Assembly (NCBI GenBank): GCA_044220955.1
Contig: JBGAQA010000014.1
Location: 42,542 to 106,541, forward strand
Direction of reading: 5' to 3'
DNA length: 64,000 bases
From: Sandaracinaceae bacterium
Lineage (GTDB): Bacteria > Myxococcota_A > Polyangia > Polyangiales > Sandaracinaceae
Shown: positions 31,929 through 41,030 of the stretch, piece by piece
How the letters are laid out: each line of letters opens with the position of its first letter
Numbering within the stretch: the first letter of the stretch is position 1
The notes under the pieces: model-generated
What the model was told of the DNA's origin: nothing
The model's database searches: none
Seen by the model: only the letters and a program-made list of their open reading frames with translations
Program-made: the position numbers and the translations under genes

Positions 31929-34628
31929 TCAATAATATTGGTCGAACCCGATGTAGAACCCGACGGGCCCGTAGTGGGGGTCGGCGAGGCCGCCGTCGCG
32001 GATCCAGCGCGAGATCGGCGCACCCACGTCGATCGCGAGCACGCCGGGTGCGATGCCGCCGTACTCGTAGTGAACCCTTATGCCGGCCCCGGCCTCGAAC
32101 GCTGCGTGGACGGGCAGGTGGATGTCGTCGTGCTCGAGCGTGTCGAAGGCAGCGCCTCCGCCGACCCACCATGCGAGCTGCAGCTCGCGCGCGAACACAC
32201 CCCAGAGCACGTTCAAGTTGAGGTCCGTCGCGATCGTCGCGCGGTGCTCGATGACGCCGTAGAGCGCGCCGTTGCCGAGCAGCTCGCCGTTCGCGAACGC
32301 GCGCAGGCCGTACTGGCCGCCGATCGACTGCCGATCGGCGGGCAGGATGGGGTTCACGGTGAAGCCGCCGCCCGCCGCGAAGAGGAACGCGTTGAGCAGG
32401 CCGACCGGCACCAGGTACGCGGCGACGAACGCGCCACGAGCCGTGACGCCGAACGAGCCGTCCTCGCCGAAGACGCCTGCGAGCTGGATCGCGCCCGAGA
32501 GGATCAAGAACTCGCGGGGGTCCTGCAGGAAGTGCCGCGTGTCGACGCCGCCGAAGATCTGGAGGTCGAGCTCGTAGCCGCCGATGTTGCGCGCCCCCGG
32601 GGGGAAGTCGGGTCGCACGTAGTTGAAGCCGATACCGCCGCCGAGCGAGGCGATGCGGCGGTTGGTGTGCGCGCGCTCGCCGAGCCCTTGGATGTACCCG
32701 ATGCGTCCGCCGGTGCGCGCGCCGATGCGGGCCAGCCGTAGCGAGACGGTGTTCTCGAGGTTGTAGCGCTGCCGCAGCGCCGTCTCGATCACGCCGTTCA
32801 CGTCGGCCTGCGACGCCAGCACCGTGAGCGCGAACGCGGTGAAGATGGGCGGCCGCCACGGCGAGTTGGTCGCGTCGTCCGCCCGCGGGTGTCCGTCGGC
32901 CACGTGCGCGCTCTCGGGCAGGCGTTGGTGCGGATCGATGGTGACGCTCGATCGGTCGGAGGGCGTCTCGACGTCGACGTAGCCGCGCTCGCCGCGGCCG
33001 TCCCAGTACGCGGAAGCATGATGCCCCTCCGTGTCCTCGATCTCGACCTCGACGGGCTCGGGTCGCTCGTCGCCGTCGCGCAAGATCTCGACGCGCGTGT
33101 GGTACGAGCCCTCCTGGGTGACGTGGGTGACGATCGCCCCGAGCCGGTAGTTCGTCTCGAGCGACGCGTAGCGGAGCCACGCGGGGAGGTCGCGCGACAC
33201 GTCGATCCCGGCACGCTCCATCGCGGCGCGCACGTCCCGATGCGCGCGCGCGAGCATCGACACGAAGCGCTCCATGGGCTCGTCCTCGAGCACGTCGCGC
33301 ACGCACTCGAGCAGGCGTCGTCCTCGGGTCACGGGGAAGCGCGCGCGCACCGGATCGTCGCGGAAACGGTCGGGCTCGTCGATCGCGCCGAAGTAGGTGT
33401 CCTCGAACGAGATCTGCGGCGCGTAGAGGAGCTGGTCGACCGCGGGGTGGAAGGCGAAGAGGGAGAGGAGCTGCTGCGGCGTCTGCGTGGCGTTGTTTCG
33501 CCGCAGCTCGTCGAGGTCGACCAGGGCGGCGCTCCGGAGATCGTCGATCCAGCCGCGGTCGGCGCTCGCCTCTTCCGCCGCGGAGATCGGCTGCACGATC
33601 ACCGAGAAGAGCGCGCGGCGCACGGCACGACGGTGGAACTCCTGGACCACGTCGAGCGGGAAGATCTCGAAGATGCGGTCCGACACGAGCGCCACGCGCG
33701 GCGCCGGCGCCGCGAGCTCGCTGCGCGAGTGCACCGCCATGACCACGAGATCGTCGGGGATCGGCAGGCCGAGCCACGCGCTCGTGTCGATCACGTCCGC
33801 GTACGCCTCGCCGATCAGTCGCACGCGATCGATGCCCACGATGTCCTCGAGCCCCGCGCTGCCGCGCACGCCCGCCGCGGGCGGCACGTAGATCGGGTCC
33901 GTCGTCACGTAGGTCATCCGGCGCCCGCGCACCTCGATCGTGCGCTCGTGGATCGGCCCGCCCACGAGCGCCGGGACGTACGGGACGTGCTCGACGACCG
34001 AGATCTCGGCGGCGTGCGCCGTGCGCGTCCGGATCTCGCCGCCGCTCACCACGGCGTGCAGCGCGTGCGGTACGTCGCGCTCCCAGTCGTCCCCGTCGAC
34101 GACGAGCGGGTACCAGGGCGCGGCGAGAGAGATCGTGTGCCCGTCACGGCCGAGTCGGCCGAACCGATCGGGGACGTCGAGGTGCATGGCGAATGTCAGC
34201 CGCAGGGTCCGCGCCTGGCCGGGCGCGACGCGGATCGTCGCGTCGCTCCCGGCGAAGTCCCGGCCGCGGAGCTCGCCCTCCGGGTGGGTGGTGCGATCGA
34301 CGTCGACGGGCGCCCCGTCGATCGCGACGTCGCTGAGCGTGATCCCGCCCCGATCGATCTCGCCCGGGTAGATCCAGCGCCAGCTGCGCTCCTCCATCGA
34401 GGACGGCGCCACGGCGAGCCGGTCGGGATAGAGCCAGAGCGTGACGTGGTCCTCGTCCACGCCGAGGCGCACGTCGATCGCGATCGTGGCGTCGATCGTG
34501 CCCGCGCTGGCGTCGATGCGCGCGTCGATCTCGTAGCGCTCGGCCTCCGCCGCCCGGGCACGTGGGGTGACGAGCCACGTGCACGCGAGCGCGAGCGATG
34601 CGATCGTGCGCACGACGCCGTGGCTCAC
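31929..34628 (-). CDS. Secreted M1-aminopeptidase-like domain (no HEXXH) fused to an Omp85-like barrel (start 34628 or 34613)
   Basis: Signal peptide; YEIDARID, WYP, VTIDPHQRLPE; IGGQYGLRAF loop motif; aromatic C-terminus FYIGFDQYY. Confidence 0.6.
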   Translation of the reverse strand: MSHGVVRTIASLALACTWLVTPRARAAEAERYEIDARIDASAGTIDATIAIDVRLGVDEDHVTLWLYPDRLAVAPSSMEERSWRWIYPGEIDRGGITLSDVAIDGAPVDVDRTTHPEGELRGRDFAGSDATIRVAPGQARTLRLTFAMHLDVPDRFGRLGRDGHTISLAAPWYPLVVDGDDWERDVPHALHAVVSGGEIRTRTAHAAEISVVEHVPYVPALVGGPIHERTIEVRGRRMTYVTTDPIYVPPAAGVRGSAGLEDIVGIDRVRLIGEAYADVIDTSAWLGLPIPDDLVVMAVHSRSELAAPAPRVALVSDRIFEIFPLDVVQEFHRRAVRRALFSVIVQPISAAEEASADRGWIDDLRSAALVDLDELRRNNATQTPQQLLSLFAFHPAVDQLLYAPQISFEDTYFGAIDEPDRFRDDPVRARFPVTRGRRLLECVRDVLEDEPMERFVSMLARAHRDVRAAMERAGIDVSRDLPAWLRYASLETNYRLGAIVTHVTQEGSYHTRVEILRDGDERPEPVEVEIEDTEGHHASAYWDGRGERGYVDVETPSDRSSVTIDPHQRLPESAHVADGHPRADDATNSPWRPPIFTAFALTVLASQADVNGVIETALRQRYNLENTVSLRLARIGARTGGRIGYIQGLGERAHTNRRIASLGGGIGFNYVRPDFPPGARNIGGYELDLQIFGGVDTRHFLQDPREFLILSGAIQLAGVFGEDGSFGVTARGAFVAAYLVPVGLLNAFLFAAGGGFTVNPILPADRQSIGGQYGLRAFANGELLGNGALYGVIEHRATIATDLNLNVLWGVFARELQLAWWVGGGAAFDTLEHDDIHLPVHAAFEAGAGIRVHYEYGGIAPGVLAIDVGAPISRWIRDGGLADPHYGPVGFYIGFDQYY

Positions 34629-34838
34629 CTGTCCCTCGCGCTCCCCGTCGCCGTCCTCGCGCTGCCGCTGGTGGCACTGGTCGTGCTGCGTGTGGTCGCG
34701 GCCCTCGCCGACGAGCGGACACGCGCCCGCAGCGCGCGCGTCCTGGCCGCCATCGAGAAGGGCGATCGCGCACGGTCCGAACGGGGTATGGCATCCGTGT
34801 CGTCCTTGACGGAAGAGGCGAAGCGCGACCAAGGTTGA
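34620..34838 (+). CDS. Possible small single-TM protein (72 aa)
   Basis: VAHLSLALPVAVLALPLVALVVLRVVAALADER...; hydrophobic helix then charged tail; overlaps or abuts the divergent gene start. Confidence 0.3.
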   Translation: MAHLSLALPVAVLALPLVALVVLRVVAALADERTRARSARVLAAIEKGDRARSERGMASVSSLTEEAKRDQG

Positions 34839-34961
34839 ACCAAGGCACCAGGTCGTCCCCTGGTCGGATCTCCGGGCGCTCCGAAACGCGCCGCGAGACC
34901 ATCCCGCGCCTGTCCCGCGCGGAACCTTCCGACTCCTGTCAGCCGTATGAGGAGTGAACGC

Positions 34962-35765
34962 ATGGGACGTCTGATCGGGTACATGGCGAACCGTGCCGAC
35001 CGCCTGCCCGAGGCGCTCGCCGAGGAGAAGCTCGCCGTCGGGGAGACGCCGAGCGAGGCCGCCGATGCCTGGGGCATCGGTTTCTATCAAGGGGGCGAGG
35101 TCCTCCACAAGAAGCGCCCGCACTGCGGCGGCGATCGTGTGCGCTGGTCCGACATCGCGGGCAACGTGCGCACCGACGCCGCGATCATCCACCTGCGAAG
35201 CGCCACGGTCGGCGACTACCGCGCCGAGAACACGCACCCTTTCCGGATGCGGCAGTGGCTCTTCGCCCACGTCGGCACGGTGGCCGGGTTCGACGCGCTC
35301 AAGGACGCGCTGCTCGACCCGATGCCCGACTTCCTCCGCCGCAACGTGCGCGGCACGACCGACTCGGAGGTCGTGTTCCACGCGATCCTCTCGTTCTTGC
35401 ACGACTCCGGCAAGCTCGACGACGTCGACGCCGAGCCCAAGACGCTCCTGAACGCGGCGCGCTCGACGATCTCCCTCGTGGATCGGCTCGGCCAGGAGGT
35501 CGGCGCCCCGGAGTCGACCCTGAGCTTCGTCCTCACGAACGGCCGCCAGATGATCGCGGTGCGCCGCGGGCTGCCCATGAGCTACGTCGAGCGCGAGATC
35601 GCCGGCGACGCGCGCACGCAAGGACGCGGCCCCGGCAGCGCGCTCCGCTACGTGATGGTCGTGGCCGGCGACGAGCCGGTCCACGCGCCGGAGCACCGCC
35701 CGCTGCAGCAGGGGCAGGCCCTCGCCATCGATCGCGAGCTGCGCACGGCGCTCCACAAGCTCTGA
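34962..35765 (+). CDS. Class II glutamine amidotransferase-like protein (EgtC/YafJ type) lacking the N-terminal Cys
   Basis: RBS GAGGAG; MGRLIGY, DAWGIGFY, HLRSATVG, ENTHPF, GTTDSE. Confidence 0.85.
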   Translation: MGRLIGYMANRADRLPEALAEEKLAVGETPSEAADAWGIGFYQGGEVLHKKRPHCGGDRVRWSDIAGNVRTDAAIIHLRSATVGDYRAENTHPFRMRQWLFAHVGTVAGFDALKDALLDPMPDFLRRNVRGTTDSEVVFHAILSFLHDSGKLDDVDAEPKTLLNAARSTISLVDRLGQEVGAPESTLSFVLTNGRQMIAVRRGLPMSYVEREIAGDARTQGRGPGSALRYVMVVAGDEPVHAPEHRPLQQGQALAIDRELRTALHKL

Positions 35766-35822
35766 TCGGTCGTCGCGCGAGCAGCCCTTGCCCGGGTCGC
35801 GGCGCTCGCCTATCCACGGCCC

Positions 35823-37472
35823 GTGAGCCAGCGCGAGCAGCGAGCGATCCGCGCGATGGTCATTGCCTCCGGGGCGCTGCACGTCGTCACGGCGTGGCAG
35901 AGCCTCGGCTATCACCAGCTCGACGAGCACTTCCAGATCCTCGAGATGCTCAGCTACCAGCTCGGCCACACGCCGCGGGCGGGGCTCCCGATCGACTTCT
36001 CGCAGCAGGTCCGTCCGTTCCTCGCGATCGCGCCGATGTACGTCGTCGCCCGTGGCGTGCAGGTGTTCAGCGACTCGCCCATCGTGCTCGAGCGCGCGCT
36101 CCGGCTGCTCGCCGCAGGCCTCGGCTTCGCCACGACGACCTTGCTCGCATCGCGCTTGCGCGGCGAGCTGAAGACCGAGCGCGCGCGCCTGTTCGGCACC
36201 GCGTTCCTGCTCCTCTACTGGCCCTTCCTCTACACGCACGCGCGCCTGTCGGCCGAGCCCTGGGGCTCCAACGCGTTCTATGCGGCGCTGCTCCTGCTCC
36301 CGCGCGGCGGCGAGCGATCGCCCTGGCGGGAGATCGGCAGCGGTCTCTTGCTCGGCGCCGCCTTCCATCTCCGCTACCACCTCGGCGTGGCGATGGTCGG
36401 GTGCGCGGGGCTCTGGGTCGTCGAGCGTCGCGCGCTGCCATTCTTCGGGCGCGTGGCGCTGGGCTTCGCCGGGACCTTCGCGCTCGGCGTGCTCGCGGAC
36501 CGATGGGGCTACGGCGCGTGGGCCCTTCCGGCGTGGAACTACTTCCACTCGCAGATCATCCGGCGCGACGTCGAGCTCGCCGGTGTCTCGCCCTGGTGGT
36601 GGTACTTCCAGGAGATCACCCTGACGCTCGTCCCGCCCTTCGGGGCGCTCGTCCTCGGTGTGGTCGGCTGGTTCGGGTACCGGCACCCGAAGCACCCGTT
36701 CGTCGCGCCGGGCCTGCTCTTCTTCGCCGTCCACGTCGCGATCCGGCACAAGGAGCTGCGCTTCCTGACGCCGCTCTTGCCCCTGGCGCCCTGGGCCATC
36801 GCGCACGCGCTCGACACGATCGATCGCGCGTGGCTGCGCCGCACGGTGCTCGCCTACGCGGTCGTCTCGGCGCTCGTCGCGCCGGCGATGCTCTTCCGGC
36901 GCGCGAACTTCCCGCAGTACTACTTCGAGTACGTCGTCGAGCACTACTGGCACGGGGGCTACGACGTCGTGTGGCACGGCCGGCCGCCCATGCAGCTCGC
37001 CGACATCCCCGTCTACTACTATCGGCCCTCGCGGTACGTGGAGACGGAGCTCCGCTCGCTCGACGATCTACCGCTCGTGCTCGCGACGCGGCGGCGCGAG
37101 GTCCTGCTCTTCGAGGCGAGCTTCGATCCCGCGCCGGCGATCGAGCAGAGCTGCCGCCTCCTCGTGCGCACCGTGCCGGACTACCTCTATCGGCCGGAGA
37201 TCGTGGGCGCGATCGATCCGACGGTGCGCTGGTCCCTGTACGCCTGCCGCGACGGCCGGGAGATCGAGTACGCCCGGGCTCCGACTCAGTCCGTGAGCTG
37301 TGTCGGCGCGCCCCCGCGGTCCCTACCGTCCGCGGGCGGTGCCCGCTCCCGTCCGGGCCCTCCGTGGCGAGCACTCCTGCCGAGTCAGGAGATCCAGACC
37401 CGCACGCCCGCCACGGGACCGTGGAGCGCGGTGCCCGCGCTGCCGAGCGGATCCACCGCGAACACCTGGTAG
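35823..37472 (+). CDS. Alg9/PIG-B-like (GT22) membrane mannosyltransferase, GT-C fold
   Basis: GYHQLDEHFQILE, ADRWGYGAW..PAWNYF, GVSPWWWYF, HKELRFLTP; many TM helices. Confidence 0.8.
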   Translation: MSQREQRAIRAMVIASGALHVVTAWQSLGYHQLDEHFQILEMLSYQLGHTPRAGLPIDFSQQVRPFLAIAPMYVVARGVQVFSDSPIVLERALRLLAAGLGFATTTLLASRLRGELKTERARLFGTAFLLLYWPFLYTHARLSAEPWGSNAFYAALLLLPRGGERSPWREIGSGLLLGAAFHLRYHLGVAMVGCAGLWVVERRALPFFGRVALGFAGTFALGVLADRWGYGAWALPAWNYFHSQIIRRDVELAGVSPWWWYFQEITLTLVPPFGALVLGVVGWFGYRHPKHPFVAPGLLFFAVHVAIRHKELRFLTPLLPLAPWAIAHALDTIDRAWLRRTVLAYAVVSALVAPAMLFRRANFPQYYFEYVVEHYWHGGYDVVWHGRPPMQLADIPVYYYRPSRYVETELRSLDDLPLVLATRRREVLLFEASFDPAPAIEQSCRLLVRTVPDYLYRPEIVGAIDPTVRWSLYACRDGREIEYARAPTQSVSCVGAPPRSLPSAGGARSRPGPPWRALLPSQEIQTRTPATGPWSAVPALPSGSTANTW

Positions 37473-38203
37473 CCGACGTAGATCTCACCGCGCTCGATCT
37501 GCAGGCCGAGCGTCGCGCGCCCGTCGAGCATCGACGCCTGCCCGATCGAGCCCGCGCTCGCCTCGAGGTGGATGACGAGCGGGGCGATCGGGTACGCGTC
37601 GAGCTCGAGCAGGCCCGAGAGGCCGACCTCGATGCCGGCCGCGTCGTGATAGAGCTGGCCGGCCGCGCCGATCCGCAGCTGCACGGCGTCGTCCGCGACG
37701 AGCGCGTATGCGAACGCCGCGCGCCCGAGGCCGATGGCGTGGATCACGTCGTGCGTCTGCTCGAAGTACGGGGCGTAGCGGAGCTCGATGTCGAGGATGC
37801 CTGCGATGCGTACGCGGCCGGAGAGCTGTCCCCGCACCACGCCGTCGAAGACGTACCCCGCGCTGGCGTCGACGATGCCGATCACGTCGGGTCCCGTGAA
37901 GGCGCGGTCGGGCTGCATCGCGGTCTGTCGAAGGCCGACGCCCGCATAGCCGAGGTAGTAGGGGTAGAAGAGCGGTACCCAGGGCACTCCCACCTGCGCG
38001 CCACCGTAGGCGTACCCGTACCCGCCGTACCCGCCGGAGGGGCGGTATCCGCTGCCGCTCGACCCGCTCGACCCGCTCGACCCGCGCGACCCCCCGCCGT
38101 GCACCGCCGAGCTGACCGCGCCGAGCCGCTGCGCCAGCGCCGGCGCGGGCGCGAGCGAGAGCAGCCCGAGGACCAGCAGCGGAGCGAGGCAGCGCGTGCG
38201 CAT
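37385..38203 (-). CDS. Secreted protein, probable small OM beta-barrel with a Gly/Ser/Tyr-rich N-terminus
   Basis: Signal peptide ALA; (SSG)n encoded by 9-bp tandem repeats; C-terminal HGPVAGVRVWIS. Confidence 0.65.
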   Translation of the reverse strand: MRTRCLAPLLVLGLLSLAPAPALAQRLGAVSSAVHGGGSRGSSGSSGSSGSGYRPSGGYGGYGYAYGGAQVGVPWVPLFYPYYLGYAGVGLRQTAMQPDRAFTGPDVIGIVDASAGYVFDGVVRGQLSGRVRIAGILDIELRYAPYFEQTHDVIHAIGLGRAAFAYALVADDAVQLRIGAAGQLYHDAAGIEVGLSGLLELDAYPIAPLVIHLEASAGSIGQASMLDGRATLGLQIERGEIYVGYQVFAVDPLGSAGTALHGPVAGVRVWIS

Positions 38204-38319
38204 GGGAGCGACCACGCGTTCAACGACTGCAAGCCCGACGCCATTCACTTCGCCGCCGGAACTCGCGGGATCTCGCGGCGGAGCGCGTGGCGCGTCGCCA
38301 CACCTCCCCCGACGCTCGT

Positions 38320-40791
38320 TCACACCTCGGCGCGCCTGGGCAAGCCGTCGAGGGTCTGGAGCATCAGCGGAAACCACACCGTGGTGGACAGGTACGTGAG
38401 CCCGACGCCGCACGCGGCAAGGTAGGCGACCGAGCGCAGCCCCTCGTGGTGCGTGACGACGAGGGCGCCGAAGCCGAACAGGTTCGTCGCCGACGAGAGC
38501 GCGTTCGCCACCGTCGTCTGGCGGAGCACGATCGGGATCGACCCGCGCCCTCCCTCCCGCCAGCGGTGGTAGACGTGGATCGCGTTGTCCAGGCTGATCG
38601 CCACGCAGACCGGCAGGATGGTCGCGTTCATGAAGTTCAGCGTGAGGCCCGTCGCGCGCATCGCGCCGGCGATCGCGATCACGCCGAGCGCGACCGAGCC
38701 GAGCACCGCGAGCGTCGCGCCGAGCCGCCGGAAATCGATCAACAGGACGAGGAACACCGACGCGAAGGTCCCGAGGAAGAGGAACCGCGCGTCGCGCGCG
38801 ATGCGCTCGAAGATCTCGCCGGCGACCCAGTTCTCGCTGAGCATGGGCGCATCGACGTGCGCCTCGCGCAGAGCGCGCACGATGTCGCGCGCCTGCTCTG
38901 CCCACGACGTGAGAACGGCCGTTCCGCTGTCGTCGCTGTCGGGGGCGTTGAGGTGGGCGATGGACCCGGTGCCGTCCGACGTCAGCAGGTGGCCGACGAC
39001 GGAGTAGGGCAGCTCTTCGAGCGAGAAGGGGTGCGAGGCGGCGACCATGCGCCGCGCGTCCGCGAGTTGCTGACGCTGCTCGTCGGTGTCGAGCATGCTG
39101 GGCCGGATGCGCGCCAGCTGCTCGCCGATCTCGACCGCGAGCGCTGCGCGCGCGCGCTGGTCCTCGGGCGAGGGAAACACGTCGTCGAGGGTGCGGATCA
39201 TCACCACGTCCCACGCCTGGCCGCGCGCCTCCCGCTCTCGTCCCAGCGCGTCGATCGCGCCGCGCAGCGGCTCGAGCTGGGCGTCGTCCCGGACCCAGAG
39301 GGCGCCTGCCTCGCGCGTGCCGCCGAGGTGGTGGCGCAGGTACTCGCCGAAGCGGCTGACCTCGGTGTCCCCCGCGAGCAAGCGCCAGTTGCCGTCGAAG
39401 CGCACCCCGCCGGTCGCGAGCACGTACCCCGAGGCGATCGCGAGGAGGGGGACGGCGATCACGATCGGCCAGCGCACCCACGCAGGCACGTTCACTCCCG
39501 AGGCCGGGCCGTCTTCGCGCCGCGGGAACGTCAGCGGCCGGATCCGCTCTCCGAGCACCAAGAGCGACGGCAGCCCGATCACCGTCACGATCAGCGTGAG
39601 AATCAGCCCGACGGCCGCGATGAGCCCGAACTCGCTGAACCCCCGGAACTGCGCCGCCGCGATCACCGCGAACACGCCCGCGTTGGTGATGGAGCCGCTG
39701 ATCAGCGCGCGGCCGGTCGAGGGGACGAGCTTCTCGATCGCGGGCTCGAGCGCCAGGCCCTCCTCACGCAGCTCGCGGTACCGGTGCAGGAAGTGGATCC
39801 CGTACTCGATCCCCAGCCCCGAGAGGATCGAGAAGAGGAAGCCCGAGATGATGTTGAGGTGGCCGACGGCGAGCTGCGCGAACGCGAACGTCCACGCGAG
39901 CCCGGCGAACAGCGGCAGCGAGAGCAGGATGAGCGCGCGCGGCGTCCGCAGCGCGAGCACGATGAGGAGCACCACCCCGACGAACCCGATCGTGCCCGCG
40001 ATCGAGAGATCCTCGCGCAGCGCGCGCTCCGCCTCGACCTGGGTGGGGATGCCGCCTGCGTAGTGCACCTCGAGATCGCGCGGGAAGCGCGCCCCGTCGC
40101 GCAGCCGATCGACCACGCCCCGGACCTCGTCCCACGAGGCGCGCGCGGCGCCGAGATCGCCGCTCGGCGTGGAGAAGAACGCCCAGATGCAGAGGAAGCG
40201 CCCGTCGGTGGTGACCACCCAGTCTTCGTCGCCGAGGACGTCGCTCGTCTCCTGCACGGCCGCGAGCATCGCGCCCGCGCCGTCGGCGCCCTCGTCCAGC
40301 TCCTCGTCGTCGAGCCCGAGATCGAACGGGCTCGCGCGCATCACCTCCCGGTCGATGCGGTCACGGACCTGGTCGCGGATGCGCTCGAGCTCGGCCTGGT
40401 CGGCGAAGAGCAGCCTGCGATCGCGGAACCAGGCGAGATCGACGTGGCCGCCCACGCCGCCGATGTTCGGGTCGCGCTCGAGCTCCTCGAGCAGCGCCGC
40501 CCCGAAGCGCTCGGCCTGGTCCCGATCGGTCGTCGGCACGGCGACCACGAGATCGCTCGTGGCCCGGACGTGCCCGAGGACGTCGCGGAGCTGCCGGACC
40601 GGCTCCTCCTCCTCGGGCAGGAGGTCGAGGAACGACGCCCGGACCTCCAGCTGGCTCGCCAGCCACCCGGCAGGCACGAGGGAGAGGAGGATGGCAGCGA
40701 CGAACGTGCCCGCCCGCCGATGAATCCGCCGGCCCAGCCAGCCGAGGCCCCGCTCGAGCAAGCCTTCGGACTCTTGGGAAGGCTCGCTCAC
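38320..40791 (-). CDS. MMPL/RND family transporter
   Basis: LDLLP, two TM clusters, GLGIEYGIHFLHRY, ISLDNAIHVYHRW, FRGFSEFG. Confidence 0.9.
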   Translation of the reverse strand: MSEPSQESEGLLERGLGWLGRRIHRRAGTFVAAILLSLVPAGWLASQLEVRASFLDLLPEEEEPVRQLRDVLGHVRATSDLVVAVPTTDRDQAERFGAALLEELERDPNIGGVGGHVDLAWFRDRRLLFADQAELERIRDQVRDRIDREVMRASPFDLGLDDEELDEGADGAGAMLAAVQETSDVLGDEDWVVTTDGRFLCIWAFFSTPSGDLGAARASWDEVRGVVDRLRDGARFPRDLEVHYAGGIPTQVEAERALREDLSIAGTIGFVGVVLLIVLALRTPRALILLSLPLFAGLAWTFAFAQLAVGHLNIISGFLFSILSGLGIEYGIHFLHRYRELREEGLALEPAIEKLVPSTGRALISGSITNAGVFAVIAAAQFRGFSEFGLIAAVGLILTLIVTVIGLPSLLVLGERIRPLTFPRREDGPASGVNVPAWVRWPIVIAVPLLAIASGYVLATGGVRFDGNWRLLAGDTEVSRFGEYLRHHLGGTREAGALWVRDDAQLEPLRGAIDALGREREARGQAWDVVMIRTLDDVFPSPEDQRARAALAVEIGEQLARIRPSMLDTDEQRQQLADARRMVAASHPFSLEELPYSVVGHLLTSDGTGSIAHLNAPDSDDSGTAVLTSWAEQARDIVRALREAHVDAPMLSENWVAGEIFERIARDARFLFLGTFASVFLVLLIDFRRLGATLAVLGSVALGVIAIAGAMRATGLTLNFMNATILPVCVAISLDNAIHVYHRWREGGRGSIPIVLRQTTVANALSSATNLFGFGALVVTHHEGLRSVAYLAACGVGLTYLSTTVWFPLMLQTLDGLPRRAEV

Positions 40792-40953
40792 GGGCGCGCC
40801 ACGAATGCCACGTACACCCACACCTGTCGAGCCACGTCACGACGAGATCTCGGCACTCCGGGCCGGCTCAGGCATCATCACCAAATGGACGGCCAGAGGG
40901 CCGGGTCGGAGCTAGGCCGGCCCCCGCCGCTGTACGGATCGTGCGCAACGTCG

Positions 40954-40983
40954 TTGACCCCGTTCTGGCACCGCCCTTAATCT
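40954..40983 (+). promoter_or_regulatory. Putative sigma70 promoter TTGACC-N18-TAATCT
   Basis: Upstream of the kinase start at 41031. Confidence 0.4.
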
Positions 40984-41030
40984 GCGCCGTCGAAATTGGC
41001 GCCGGTCGACCCCTCGGAGACTCGTAGTCG

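Noticed and set aside
38050..38095. 9-bp tandem repeat (CCGCTCGAC)n as a CRISPR or contingency locus
   Set aside because: In-frame repeat encoding a Ser-Ser-Gly linker; no spacers or cas genes
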